A DNA stretch of 60,924 nucleotides from Octopus bimaculoides (Eukaryota): positions 51,522,894-51,583,817 of the forward strand of contig NC_068995.1 in the NCBI RefSeq assembly GCF_001194135.2, given 5' to 3'. The position numbers and the translations under genes were made by a program. Below the pieces are notes generated by a model that worked only from the letters and a program-made list of their open reading frames with translations, did no database searches and was not told the origin of the DNA. Below, piece after piece: positions 1 through 13,346 of this stretch (within the stretch, counting starts at the first letter, position 1; every line of letters begins with the position of its first letter).

Positions 1-70
1 CTGAGATCAATTTGTTCAACTAAAGGCGGTGCTCCAGCATGGCCGCAGTCAAATGACTGAAACAAATAAG
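1..70 (+). mobile_element. SINE B 3' tail (element truncated by window start)
   Basis: GGCGGTGCTCCAGCATGGCCGCAGTCAAATGACTGAAACAA matches the 3' end of the full copy at 37700-38098; CAGTC/GACTG hairpin. Confidence 0.85.
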
Positions 71-106
71 ACAACAAAAAAAATAAATGTAGTATGAGAG
101 AAAAAA

Positions 107-326
107 AGGGCTGCGAGCTGGCAGAATCGTAAGCTTGCCGGACAAAATGCATAGCAACATTTCGTCCGTCTTTACGTTCTGAGTTCAAATTCCACCGACG
201 TTGACTTTGCCCTTTATCCCTTCGGGGTCGATAGAATTAGTACCTGTATAGAGCACTGGGGTCGATGTAATCAACTACCCCCACCTAACAAGAACAACGA
301 GCTTTGTGCTAAAATATGAAATGATT
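107..326 (+). mobile_element. SINE A (tRNA-headed, Meta-like central domain)
   Basis: A-box-like TGGCAGAATCG, B-box GAGTTCAAATTCC, core GACTTTGCC..CTTCGGGGTCGAT..AGTACC, CTGGGGTCGATGTAATC; more than 20 homologues in the window. Confidence 0.85.
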
Positions 327-1093
327 AGATGCCTTTCAGGTCGACCTCACCATTCATACTTTCGAAGTTGGTAAAATTAATTACCAGTCAATGAGTGTAT
401 TCCCTCCTCTCTAAGTTTCTGGCCTAGCGGCAACGTTAGGAAATACTGTGATATAACAGGAAAAGAAGGTGGGAAGTCGAACGATGTGGGGTGTGTCAGA
501 TAGGAATGCATTTCCGTTTCGTGACATTATTAGGAGCAATATCTCAAACCCTGTAAGTTTATGCGTTTTACGCGTTTTTTCAAAAGGCTTACACAAATAC
601 AAGCCAAGTTAAGCACATACAAAAATTCGTCGCTATTAACTACACAGTATTTTAGAAACAACNNNNNNNNNNNNNNNNNNNNNNNNNNNNNNNNNNNNNN
701 NNNNNNNNNNNNNNNNNNNNNNNNNNNNNNNNNNNNNNNNNNNNNNNNNNNNNNNNNNNNNNNNNNNNNNNNNNNNNNNNNNNNNNNNNNNNNNNNNNNN
801 NNNNNNNNNNNNNNNNNNNNNNNNNNNNNNNNNNNNNNNNNNNNNNNNNNNNNNNNNNNNNNNNNNNNNNNNNNNNNNNNNNNNNNNNNNNNNNNNNNNN
901 NNNNNNNNNNNNNNNNNNNNNNNNNNNNNNNNNNNNNNNNNNNNNNNNNNNNNNNNNNNNNNNNNNNNNNNNNNNNNNNNNNNNNNNNNNNNNNNNNNNN
1001 NNNNNNNNNNNNNNNNNNNNNNNNNNNNNNNNNNNNNNNNNNNNNNNNNNNNNNNNNNNNNNNNNNNNNNNNNNNNNNNNNNNNNNNNNNNNN

Positions 1094-1276
1094 AACTTTA
1101 CAATTGGAAGATGAAAAAGGTGGCCGCATGATTTTGTGTTTACGGTTGAAAATAACGATGTTTCTGCCAATTAGCGAGTAATAGACACAAAACAATGTTA
1201 CCGCCTGCTTTTGCCTCATCCAGGGATATAGTCAGATTGCAGCCACTAAAGCATGTGTGCAGGTTGAAAGGGTTAA
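1094..1276. mobile_element. possible piggyBac-like terminus
   Basis: Ends ...GAAAGGG|TTAA (1273-1276), i.e. TTAA-CCCTTTC on the minus strand; partner end not seen (left side is an N gap). Confidence 0.3.
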
Positions 1277-1658
1277 TAGAGGTATAAAAACACATCTATG
1301 GAACTAAAGCGTATCATCACACACTTCACAAAAAATGCGGGTAAGATTTTTAGTAGCACAATACAAGATATCAGTAATTCGACTCCAATGAGGTTAGGCA
1401 GGCTATATTACGACATGAAACCTAACGACACGTACAAACCCCATCCAACCGATGATCGGATAACATACATGATATTTGTAAACTAACTGGAGACGATATC
1501 AGACTAGAAAGCTAAGCAGTCAAAATGAAACCCGGCATTTATAATCTAATCTAATGTAATGCAGTATGATATAATTATAATACAATTCAATATTACACAA
1601 ACACACACACACTCACGCCATACATCAACAAATGTAAATACGTAACAACAGTTCTCAC

Positions 1659-1692
1659 CTGATGAGCGCAGTGGCGTGAAACTCGAATCTCG
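1659..1692 (+). ncRNA. degenerate hammerhead-like core (possible Penelope-like terminal repeat remnant)
   Basis: CTGATGA-GCGC(AGTG)GCGT-GAAAC-TCGA-ATC: canonical core and stem II present; stem III is one change from the palindrome ACTCGAGT; stem I not supported. Confidence 0.3.
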
Positions 1693-2049
1693 CGATAAAC
1701 TTTCCGTTTGAACAGGCCAAATACTTTACATGTATAGAATACTCTTCAATCTATCGCTTGCTGCTGTTCAAAATATAAGCACACATCTCCCCATACTCCA
1801 CCCCCGTCATCACAGAGACTAATCATTCTCCAAACCTCAACTCGAAAATTGCGCTACTCATGAACAATGTTGACCACAAAATATTCCGACCCAGACCATT
1901 CTAACTACTTTCGATAACTAAATCCCCCTCACATCATTAATAAATTATAGAACGAAACCGAAAACAGAACTAATAATGTATTTTTAATGTTTTATGGCGA
2001 ATCCATTTTTACTTTTACTATCACCTTAATTACACATCATTCACGCATC

Positions 2050-2195
2050 TTTCCGTCTACCAAATCCACTCACAAGGCTTTGGTCAACCTGACGCTATAG
2101 TAAAGATACTTGCCTAAGCTTCCACGCAGTGGGATAGAACCTACAACCATATGGTTGGGAAGCAAACTTCTTACCACACAGCCGCGCCTGCGCCT
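2050..2195 (-). mobile_element. SINE B 5' half
   Basis: Minus strand reads AGGCGCAGGCGCGGCTGTGTGGTAAGAAG..GGTTCTATCCCACTGCGTGG..GAGTGGATTTGGTAGACGGAA, homologous to 37700-37830. Confidence 0.85.
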
Positions 2196-2340
2196 GCATA
2201 TGTCTGTTTCCTTCCGTTCTCATAGTCTTTATTTCCGCCCACGGTTTTTTTTCAAAATTGTTTCGTCTATTTTAGCTAAAAATGTTCTCAAGTTTTCAGT
2301 TTAAGAATTCCATATTCCCGTTATGGATTTTTGTTACCTT

Positions 2341-2342
2341 CG

Positions 2343-2391
<49 letters not shown>

Positions 2392-2439
2392 CTTCTTCTT
2401 CTTCTTCTTCTTCTTCTTCTTCTTCTTCTTCTTCTTCTT

Positions 2440-2469
<30 letters not shown>
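2341..2469. repeat. compound microsatellite (GTT)n(CTT)n
   Basis: Direct reading. Confidence 0.97.
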
Positions 2470-2470
<1 letters not shown>

Positions 2471-2704
2471 TGATTTTTGTTTTCTCGTGTAGCCTCTTGA
2501 AACTTTTGCTAACTCTGTGCGAAGAATCGATTAGAATTCTATAACGAAAATGCCACAGTCGGAAATAATGGTAGCAACAACAACAACAACATCAACAACA
2601 ACGTTGTTTCTTCCTATCCACACACAATTTACATAAAACTCAATAATTTTGTTTTGTGTTTTCATTGGTTATTTTTATTACTGTCCCTTTTACACATTTT
2701 GCAT

Positions 2705-2761
2705 ATCATCACCATCGATATGATCCCCATCATCATCATCATCCTCACCACTCCCACCACC

Positions 2762-2825
<64 letters not shown>

Positions 2826-2826
2826 G
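2705..2826. repeat. compound microsatellite (CAT)n(CAC)n(TAC)n
   Basis: Direct reading. Confidence 0.95.
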
Positions 2827-3150
2827 TTGTTGTAGAAGTAGTAGCGGTTTGTTCTCGTTCGTTATCTTGTTTTATATTTGTGTGTATTTGACGATATTGA
2901 CTTATGTTTCCGTTTAAACATTTTGAAAGAACGAACGAAGGTATGGAAGACCAAAGATCGTTTGAAGGAGGACCATTATTGGAAGAATAGTAATGAAAAA
3001 AGAAGACAGAAATGCTAGAAAGAGAATACTGAAGCACCAAATGTCAAATTATAAAGAAATAAAGAAATAAAGAGCATAAAATACTGGAAATGAGAAAATT
3101 AAAAAAAAACAGCAAATATCCTGTATTGTTACAAACAGGAAGCACATATA

Positions 3151-3364
3151 TTTTTTTACTCTAGGCATAAGGCCCGAAATTTTCAGGGGAGGGTCCAGTC
3201 TATTAGAGTGACACCAGTATGCAACTGGTACTTAGTTTATCGACCTCGAAAGAATGAAAGGCAAAGTTGACCTCGGCGGAATTTGAACACAAAACGCAGA
3301 GACAAACGAAATACCGCTAAGCATTTCGCCCAGCGTGCTAACGCTTCTGCCAGCTCGCTGCCTT
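3151..3364 (-). mobile_element. SINE A, full length, with target-site duplication
   Basis: Complete head to tail on minus strand; ACAGGAAGCA at 3135-3144 and 3367-3376 flanks it as a direct repeat. Confidence 0.9.
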
Positions 3365-3396
3365 ATACAGGAAGCATATTAATTTAAACTGGTACA

Positions 3397-3626
3397 CTGT
3401 CGAGGGCTCCAGTTGATCTGATTAACGGAACAGCCTGCTCGTGAGATTAACGTGAAAGTGGCCGAGCAAGGGAGATTCAGCATGTCAAAGAATGTGACAA
3501 ATCTAGCCGTTTGAAATACAGGAATTACTCATTTTTGCCAGCTGAGTGTACTGGAGTAAGATGAAATAAAGTGTCTTGCTCAAGAGACCTAATGCACCGC
3601 CAGGAATCGAACTCACGATATTACGA
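3397..3626 (-). mobile_element. SINE C variant (CORE-like segment plus C tail), internally deleted
   Basis: CGAGGGCTCCAGTTGATCTGATTAACGGAACAGCCTGCTCGTGAGATTAACGTG matches 44790-44850; GTGTCTTGCTCAAG and GGAATCGAACTCACGAT match 20457-20560 in reverse. Confidence 0.8.
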
Positions 3627-4019
3627 ACCTAATGTCCTTCCACTTATGATTTACTTCCTGTTCAAAGCTCTGCATAAACGGAATTTTTTTATAGAGTCTG
3701 ATGCAGAAATGGTGGATTTTGACTAAACAAGCCAACGAATAAATGAAATAAAATAAATCTACACAGCATGACGACTTATTTATTTATTCATTTTTAAAAA
3801 ACTATTCCACGATGAGTTTAAACACTACGGTCTGTTGACCGTACATGCTGCGGCAGCATTTTGGGCGATATTTGTGAAATATTTATTATTTCACAAATAT
3901 CACACACTACGCATGTTCAAACACTTAACTTGTACAAACTGGGAATACGTAATTTCCTACAGGCATCATATGTCAGTAGTAGGCGATGAATTATTAAAGA
4001 GTTCCTGAGTGTTCTGTGT

Positions 4020-4105
4020 ATGTAGGTATCTTGTTTCCTAACCACATGGCTGTGGTTTCAATATCACTGAGCGACACCTTATTATAGTGTCTTCATTGTA
4101 AAATA
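4020..4105 (+). mobile_element. decayed SINE B head fragment
   Basis: CTTGTTTCCCTAACCACATGG..TTCAATATCACTGAGCGACACCTT..GTGTCTTC resembles the SINE B head. Confidence 0.45.
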
Positions 4106-4659
4106 TACTATAATAAAACCATAGAGTCTTTTATTATAGTTCCCAGCCGACCACCCAACCGTTCCAGTTTGCCTTCTCTCTCTCTCCCTCTCTCTTAAAA
4201 TCACACCATCCATTTACCATGGATTCAGTTCAATAACCTTTACAATGCCTTTGATATATTTTACCAATAAGTGTTACATCAAATAAATGGAATTGATCAT
4301 TCATACGTTTAAAATAATAGTGTTACTGTTTTGAATTTAAAAACCGGAAACAAAAAGAGAACTGAGTTTGCGAATGCTCACGGTGTGTGTGCGTGAGCGT
4401 GCGTGCATGTGCGTGTATGTATGTGTATGTTTGTGTGTGTGTGTGTGTGTGTGCGTGTGTGTGTGTGACTCATATTCTATGACTAGCAACATAATACACT
4501 GCGTTGTGTACAACGTACAACGGATAGAAAATAGCTCCGAGCTGTTGAAGGTTCAGTTACTGTTGGTGGGCTATCGACTTAACGTGAGGGAGAACAGACC
4601 ATTTGCATAATGTACACAACCACGTCTACCAAAATATCTGACCTTTGCTTCGCAGTCAT

Positions 4660-4785
4660 GTCGCATCGGATTCAGTCCCACTGTCCGACACTTCGGCAAA
4701 TGTCTTCCACAATATCCCCGGCCGGATAATGACTCATTAGTGGACTTAATCCACTGAAACTGAGTGGATTTGTGGAAACCCAGCG
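4660..4785 (+). mobile_element. decayed SINE B fragment
   Basis: GGATTCAGTCCCACTG..GACACTTCGGCAAATGTCTTC..GAGTGGATTTG. Confidence 0.5.
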
Positions 4786-5012
4786 GGAGCAACTCTTTTC
4801 CCGAAAACGAATCTTGTGAAATTCTCGAAATACGAAGTAGAAAAACAGCCAACAGCAGATGAAGGGTCGTTTTTCATGTTACTTGTCTTGTTTTCCACAA
4901 GTTTCTTTCGTTGTTCGCAAAAAAGTTTGTATTCCAGGTTTTCGTATTTCATGTTGTTTATGTTCCGTGGTGTCCTGTGCCCATATATGCATGTACATAC
5001 AAATATATGTAT

Positions 5013-5114
<102 letters not shown>

Positions 5115-5141
5115 NNNNNNNNNNNNNNNNNNNNNNNNNNN

Positions 5142-5181
<40 letters not shown>

Positions 5182-5977
5182 CATACATATATATATATAT
5201 ATATGTATACATACACACATATATATACATACATACATACGCATATATATTTATGTATATATGTATATATACATACATCTCTCTCTTTCTCTCTCTCTCT
5301 CTGTCTCTCTCTTTATATATATANNNNNNNNNNNNNNNNNNNNNNNNNNNNNNNNNNNNNNNNNNNNNNNNNNNNNNNNNNNNNNNNNNNNNNNNNNNNN
5401 NNNNNNNNNNNNNNNNNNNNNNNNNNNNNNNNNNNNNNNNNNNNNNNNNNNNNNNNNNNNNNNNNNNNNNNNNNAATGAAGTTTTCAATACTCGGCTAAT
5501 TATTTCAGGAATATTTTTTTTCGAAGTTTTCCATGTAATTCCCCTTTAATTAAACCTTTTCGGCATTATCCTCTCCTACACATAAAAGCAAAATTATATT
5601 AGGAAAGAAAAATAAACCACTACAAGAGAAAAGAAACATAGAGATAATTTCGTTAGTAAATTTGTTCAGAAAATCGCTTCCATTTGTTTGATATTATGTC
5701 CATATATCTATCTGGACTTTCTTTTTATGATTAGCTGTCAATAAAAGGTAGGCATTTATTCGTTACAGTAATCTAAGATTACGATTTTCTTCAGAGAATC
5801 AGGAATCATTGATCTTTCAATTGCTAGAATTGAAGAGAAACTTTTCTTTATGCACCGTTTCACGCCTTTTATCTTTGTCATTAATAGATATCGACATCGG
5901 CTGATTATATAAGTATGTATGTATGTATGTATGTATGTATGAATGTGCCTACGTATGTTTGAATATCTGTATCTACA

Positions 5978-6048
<71 letters not shown>

Positions 6049-6355
6049 ATATATATATATATACATATATATGCATATATACATACATATATTTATATAT
6101 ATATATATGCGTATATATATATATTTATGTATACAGATAAATGCGTCTGTATGTGGTTTTCATGTAGATGTGTGTAAAAAGAAGCGCACATGTATATATG
6201 TATATATATGTATATACCCATAAATACACATATGCATACACACACACACAATATATATATTCATATATATATATGCATATGTGAATATATATATGTATGT
6301 ATATATATATATATTTTTTTTTTATGTATATATATATTTATATATATGTGTATGT

Positions 6356-6423
6356 ATGTATACAGATATATGTGGAAGAGGTAAAGATCATGTATACAGA
6401 TATATGTGGAAGAGGTAAAGATC
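6356..6423. repeat. perfect 34-bp tandem duplication
   Basis: ATGTATACAGATATATGTGGAAGAGGTAAAGATC at 6356-6389 and 6390-6423. Confidence 0.95.
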
Positions 6424-7553
6424 TTTAGGATTGTTTTTTGTTGTTTGTTGTTTGTTTTACAGGAACATACTATATCGAGGGCGGAGATTCCGAATCTGCA
6501 AAAACATAAGAAAAGCATTCAAAATTTCATCTCTCGGCTCCCCCATCAATTTCTTAAATTTTCACTGTTTTAAAACAATTTTTCGGGCGAAATACGTGGA
6601 TAAATACGGAGATTATGATTCTGAAAAAAAAAAAAAATGTGTAAAACTTCAATTAAAAAAAAAAAATGAATAAATGCTCCCACCTTCCATCCGCCCTATG
6701 ATAACAAGTGAAGTTCAAGTGTTGTCTCTACTAATGTTTCAGACGCAAAAAGTATCTAAACAGAAAACCTGACAAGCTAGAATCACGGTTTCAAAACTTT
6801 AATACGTCCCCTCACCCAGTTTCTTCATTTTTCACTTATTTAAAAAATATTTTTTGGCGAAATACGTAGAAAACTCGNNNNNNNNNNNNNNNNNNNNNNN
6901 NNNNNNNNNNNNNNNNNNNNNNNNNNNNNNNNNNNNNNNNNNNNNNNNNNNNNNNNNNNNNNNNNNNNNNNNNNNNNNNNNNNNNNNNNNNNNNNNNNNN
7001 NNNNNNNNNNNNNNNNNNNNNNNNNNNNNNNNNNNNNNNNNNNNNNNNNNNNNNNNNNNNNNNNNNNNNNNNNNNNNNNNNNNNNNNNNNNNNNNNNNNN
7101 NNNNNNNNNNNNNNNNNNNNNNNNNNNNNNNNNNNNNNNNNNNNNNNNNNNNNNNNNNNNNNNNNNNNNNNNNNNNNNNNNNNNNNNNNNNNNNNNNNNN
7201 NNNNNNNNNNNNNNNNNNNNNATATATATATATATATATAAGTATATACAGATACACACACGTATATGTATATATATAATATATTTTGCATTTACAGATA
7301 TAGTAGATTATATACACTAGGTATAATAGGAAAGTACACACATACATACATACACATGCTCACATACATATCTATATATTAATATTTATACGGTGTGTGT
7401 ATATATGTGCATGTATTTGTGTGCTTACATAATTGATATATTATACATGTATATGTATATATATTTATATATATATATATATATTGATATGTATGCGTAT
7501 ATGTATATAAGTGTGTAAGTATACATATACATATTCACATCACTTGGTCACAA

Positions 7554-7610
<57 letters not shown>

Positions 7611-7766
7611 TGTATACACGTCCTGGCTCTAATCATAGCGGTTTGCCAAATTGTTCTGCTTCATTTCCTTTACATCTATCAATTTTTTCAACACATTCTC
7701 ATTAATCATTATTCATTTAATTTCCTTCTATGTATTTACTCCGCTTTAACCGAGTTCATATTCCTA

Positions 7767-7820
<54 letters not shown>

Positions 7821-8659
7821 TATTATTATTATTGTTGTTGTTGCTGTTGTTATATTTCTGAACAAATCTATTGTCCCTTGGCTCCGAGGATTTAGGAATT
7901 TCATCGACAAAACTGACAGAAAAAATATAAAACATATATTTTTCGATAATGTTTGACAAAGAAGCCACTGAAACGAGTTGGTCGTCTAACTCATATCGCA
8001 AGAAACATACGTTGTCATCCTTTATCCTTGATTTTCTTTTTTCAATCAAATCAAAACGGTTTCTCGTTAGGAAAATGCGTTTTCGTAAATGAAAATGAAC
8101 ATGACTATACAGTGAAGGAAAGAAAGAACGAAAAGAAAAGAGAAATACAAAGAGAACATATTAGTCTTATAACTAGACCCACGCATTGTACATGAAAAAT
8201 ATTTTAAGAGTTAAAAGCGCTAACAATTACAACACTCACACAAGCGGAAAAAGAAAGAAAGAAAAATCAAATTACAATGAGTGAAGTTGTGAACGACACA
8301 GAAAAGACAGTTTACAATACTTTCGCTAGTGTTGCTAGCCACATTGAGGTTTTGAAGACGAATAATCTGTATGAGGAAATGTCTAAGAAACATAGATATA
8401 CGGTAAAAGAAAACGCTACATTGCCTGAGTTCTTTATCCGAGAATGAGTAAGCTGAACACATAGTTTTGCATCTCTTATGATGGTTTCTCACAGCCTCTG
8501 AAGATTCTCGGCTTAGATTTCCAGGTAGATAGCTTGGTCATTTCACACAATGCTTACATTTCTATTCTTACACATATATCGAGAGAATATTGGGAACCAT
8601 AATGTTGTCTCTCGGCCTTTTAGAAAGAGTACAGTGGAGGGAGCACAAGCGCACACACA

Positions 8660-8815
8660 AATACGACGGTGAGTAAAGTTTCGTCCACCAAATTCATTCA
8701 CAAGGCATTGGTCAACCCGGGGCTTTAGTAGAAAACTCTTATCCAATATGCTACGCACTGGAAATAAGTCCTAAACCTCGCGGTTGCAAAGTGAACTTCT
8801 TAGACGAACAGCCAT
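8660..8815 (-). mobile_element. decayed SINE B 5' half
   Basis: CACCAAATTCATTCACAAGGCATTGGTCAACCCGGGGCTTTAGTAGAAAAC homologous to 2055-2110. Confidence 0.7.
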
Positions 8816-10103
8816 AAATGCGACTTATATATTAGAAAATTGTTAAAAATTCTTGTGTTTCATGTTCGTATATTAATGTACGCACATGAAATATAGCCGT
8901 TTGGTATTTTATCAACATAGCTAACAAGCCCACCAGTCTGTCAGATAACCGAAGCATTTGACTGTAGGCTAATGCTATCGCTTCTTAGTTTTATTCCTAA
9001 ACGGTTTTAGTATTGATCTATTCGAAGTATCTTCGTTGTTTTCTTTCAGAAACTGATATTTTCTACAGAGACTCATTTCCTGGCTGGAGTGTCTAGCATT
9101 TCCGATTTACCATTATTCATTCATATTTTGATAGAAATCTTTCTGTTTGGAATCGGCCAGCTTACGTCATTAGAAGCGTTGAAGGTTTTCCATATTTTCT
9201 AATCATGTATAATTCACGTCTGCTCCTCTTCTTTTGGCTTTTATTCTGACCCTGTCATTCCTTTTTATGTATATAGATCTTGAAGTTGTATTTGTTCGGT
9301 GGTTTGATCTGGGATCGTGATGAAACTGAAACAATTACATCGTGGGAGAAGTATGATAACCACTAAAAAATTTATATGCAAATCCTAGTCAACGAGGATT
9401 ATGTTTTATTTATGCCAAATCACATAAATATAGCCATTGTAAAGTTACTGTTTAACTCTTTTGTTAACACATTTCTATTGAAATACATCATATATTTGTT
9501 AAACTTAATGTTTTTAAATGATGAATGAAGCAAAATATATTTGTCATTTTTAAGCCGCTGTATGGAACGTAATTTAGCTTCATATCTTGATGGAAGATTT
9601 ACATTTAGATCACGTTAAACCAGAAAGTTTGTGTTATACAACCAGAAGTGGTCATTGGTGGGTTGGTATCAAAAGGGCTAAGCAAATGTTTTGTTTGTTT
9701 AGCTGTTCTCCGTCAAAAAAGAGCAAAAAAAGTACCGATCCTTTTTTTGTGTTCTGTCTTACGTGATAAGATCTTTGATTGCGAGATTTACTATCCTTTC
9801 CCATTGTATATTTCTAGACGTAACCAAGTTTGTATGTAATTCTCGAAATACGTTTGACAGTTGCATCAGAAGTACAACTTATATATTTCTCTGTATTTTG
9901 ATTGTTTGTTTTAGGTATTCATATTATCAATTCTCGTATCTGAATGGAATATTCTTTTCCCCTGTAGGTTGGTAGTAAACATGATTTTTTTCCCCTCTCA
10001 ACTGCATATCTTACGATGTTCCGAAGTTACCAGGACCTCATTGATATTACGTTTTGTCTTGTCTTCTGGTCTCCATGTGATTTTTTCTACTTTGGCATAT
10101 TCA

Positions 10104-10173
<70 letters not shown>

Positions 10174-10397
10174 CTTTCGGCACAAACACCAGCTGAGGAG
10201 GCTGAATGGAAACTGACGAACCCAATGCTCGGATACGAGACGGAGCCGACCATACTTGTAATAATTTCAAGGTCTTTATTCATTGACAGTTTCTTCTTGA
10301 TTATCTTCCCGATGAGATTTTACTCAGATGGTTTGGAAATGTCTACCTGTGTCCAGATATTTCCCCTACCTGTCTTTTATCATTATAGCAGACTTTT

Positions 10398-10617
10398 AGG
10401 CGGCGAGCTGACAGAATCGTTAGAACGTGATGAAATGTTTAGCGGTATTTCGCTTGTCGCTGCGTTCTCAGTTCAAATTTCGCCGAGGTCGACTTTGCCT
10501 TTGATCCTTTCAAGGGGATCGATAAAATAAGTACCAGTTGAATACTGGGGTTGATGTAATCGACTCATCTCCACCTCCCCCAAGCTGCCCTTGTGACAAA
10601 AAATTGAAATAATCATT
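10398..10617 (+). mobile_element. SINE A, full length
   Basis: GGCGGCGAGCTGACAGAATCGTTAG..GTTCAAATTTCGCCGAGGTCGACTTTGCC..CCTTGTGACAAAAAATTGAAAT. Confidence 0.9.
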
Positions 10618-10630
10618 ACAGTAGACTTCA

Positions 10631-10790
10631 AGGCGGCGAGCTGGCAGAATACTTTGTGGCAATTTTTGTCTGTCAATACGTTCTAAGTTCAAATTGCACC
10701 AAGGTGGATTTTTGCCTTTCATTCTCTGGTGGTCAATAAAAGTGGAGCACTGGGGTCGATGGAATCGACTAACTCCACCCCACCCCACCA
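10631..10790 (+). mobile_element. SINE A, second tandem copy, internally deleted
   Basis: AGGCGGCGAGCTGGCAGAAT..GTTCAAATTGCACC..CACTGGGGTCGATGGAATCGACT. Confidence 0.8.
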
Positions 10791-12336
10791 CCTCAAAAAC
10801 AAAACCAAAAAAATCAGTCTTTCTGCCTGTCGGAGAAAGATTATTATATCTGTATGGCTGACCTTGATCTTTTATCAGTCTAAACAAGCAAATCCCAGAC
10901 AGTTTGGGTCCAAGTCAAGGTCATTTACTGTTGTTTGGTACTGTGGTAATGCTTATACGCCTATTCCGTTTGTTATCCGCCTGCACGTCGAAGACTCTGT
11001 ACTCAGAAGACACGGCTAGCCAACCGGTCGCTCATGTGAATAAGCACTGACTTGGCTAAGACTGGGCATGAAGAGCTGATGTTCTCAGTCGTCCGGCTTC
11101 ATTGATCTTACATAACCATCTCTTGACGGTTGCCTCTTTTATCATTACTTTATTTTATAATTATTTATGGTTCTGCATTGATCCTGTACAGTTATAATAA
11201 CCAAACAGTTTATTTATGATTTTTGTCTAGAGCTTTCCAGCCATTATTTCTTTCACTATGACTTACTTCCTCTCTGTCGAATATACGGAATTCTGGCCAA
11301 AGAATGCTTTTATTTCCATCTTCTTTTATACTATTATAATGCAATGAACTGATAAAACAGTAAAATATCGTTCTGAATGTTTTACTTCGCTTAATTTCCC
11401 TCATTTCCGTTTTGCGTCTAAGACGTGCCAGAACCGGTCTACTTTCATCCAACCCGGGTAGACACAAAATAAGTACCAGTAATAGTCTTAATAGACTTAG
11501 ATCGATTTAATTGTTAATACCACTTACCCTTGAAATGTCTGAATGTTTGCCAATTTTAGAAATCAATATTATTATCTGAATATAGTTTTGTAATTTATTT
11601 CCAGAATATACTTTCTTAATCTAAAACAGATAATTGCAAGGAAATATTTCACTAGAGTAAATATTACGATTTGGACGTAGATTATGGTTTATAATATTGA
11701 AACAAGGCCAGCAATTTTACCTGATTTAGAATTAACTAAATATATCGCCGTACTTGACCCCAGGTTTGTGGTACGATACTACTCTACCGTATGAGCCACA
11801 CATTGTTTTCAGTAATAATAATGGGTTCTAATTTCTGTACTAGGCTACAGATTTTGGGAATGAGAACAGTCGATTAAATAGATTGACCTTAGTATGGTAC
11901 TAGTAATTTCTTTCGTCGATCCTCTTAGGCTTGTAAAGTGAATGCTGGAGAACTTTGAACTTAGAGCGTAAAAGGGCATAAATAAATACTGTCAGAGATT
12001 TATTTAACTTTCTAATAATACTGCCGCTCCTGAAGGCCAAAATCTTTGGGCAAGAGTATAGCTTTAGATAAGATTTAGTACTTGACTGGTATTTTATTGT
12101 ATCGATCGTGAAAATTGAAATAGCAAAGGTGACATAGGAAAATTTGAACCCAGAGCGAAAAGATATGGAAGAAAACAATGCAAGGGTCTTGTCCAAAGAA
12201 GAAAATATTTACTATTCAATAAATTATCGGTGTTTTCATCATATCGCAAAGTTCAAAAGATTCAGGAGTTTGATGCCTCACGATCTGAAAAAAATAAAGA
12301 AAACATTATGTGAATCGCAATTATGAAATCTGTTCC

Positions 12337-12710
12337 ATGGCTTCTTCAGGTTAAGTAGTCCATCTCGCTCAAAAGGTCGGGCTCTGAACAAGGGTTATTT
12401 AAGGATGCTGAACGAGACACCCATGTTCCCAGAGGTGAATTATCCAAACGCCAAAGAATTCCTCTCAACACCTAGCTACGATGCTCCCCCACTACTTCTG
12501 CTCATGATCAGAGATGCACATATTGTCAGCCAGCAAGGGACATGCTCAACTGGTTAATGCCAAACAACTTACAAGCAAATATGGTGGTATTGAACGGAAT
12601 ATTTGCTGTAGTCCATCTTTTATACCAAGACAGAACAATGTACATGATAACACTTCCAATCAGTTAAAATGAGAAGCCATGAAAGCCACTGCCTGGTACT
12701 GCATCAGGGC

Positions 12711-12776
<66 letters not shown>
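12337..12776 (+). mobile_element. probable retroposon 3' end (LINE 3'UTR-like) with (ATT)n tail
   Basis: GC-richer block ending GCCACTGCCTGGTACTGCATCAGGGC directly followed by (ATT)n at 12714-12776; single copy here and no ORF, so family unassigned. Confidence 0.4.
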
Positions 12777-12778
<2 letters not shown>

Positions 12779-13194
12779 GGGCTATAAAGTTTTCATAGGT
12801 CGGTATATAAATATATTTATGTGTGAAAGATCTTCCATCCGTAAGCCATATACTGTCAATATTTCTGTTACCTGACAGAGTTAACTCAAAACCTAAAGAA
12901 CGCAATGAAACGATGGAATATTTTATTAAAAAAAAAAAAATGGCTGACACTTGATACGGAATTGACCCTGGGCTCTGACCTTTCACATCCGTTATGCTTC
13001 CATGTGTTCTTCCATCAAAAGAAAATTCTCTCCAGATGGAGTCTATGCCATCTTTCATCTGTTTCATCAGTCTCTCTCTCTCTCTTGCTTTCATCTTAGT
13101 TTCTTAATTTCTTTTTCATCCCGTTTCATTCTCCTATTTCATTTCTTTCGTTATTCATCCTTCCCGACTTATACTTATATTTTTGCTTCGGTTA

Positions 13195-13218
13195 TCCTCC
13201 TCCTCCTCCTCCTCCTAC

Positions 13219-13270
<52 letters not shown>

Positions 13271-13314
13271 CTTCGTCTTCTTCTTTTTCTTCTTCTTCTT
13301 CTCCATCATCTTCA

Positions 13315-13346
<32 letters not shown>

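Noticed and set aside
6460-6877. Block with repeated GCGAAATACGT motifs (about 6587 and 6857), possibly a DNA transposon
   Set aside because: No termini or coding remnant visible; runs into an N gap.
8495-8524. 30-nt possible microexon between TTTCTCACAG and GTAGAT
   Set aside because: Weak donor and no other support; expected by chance.
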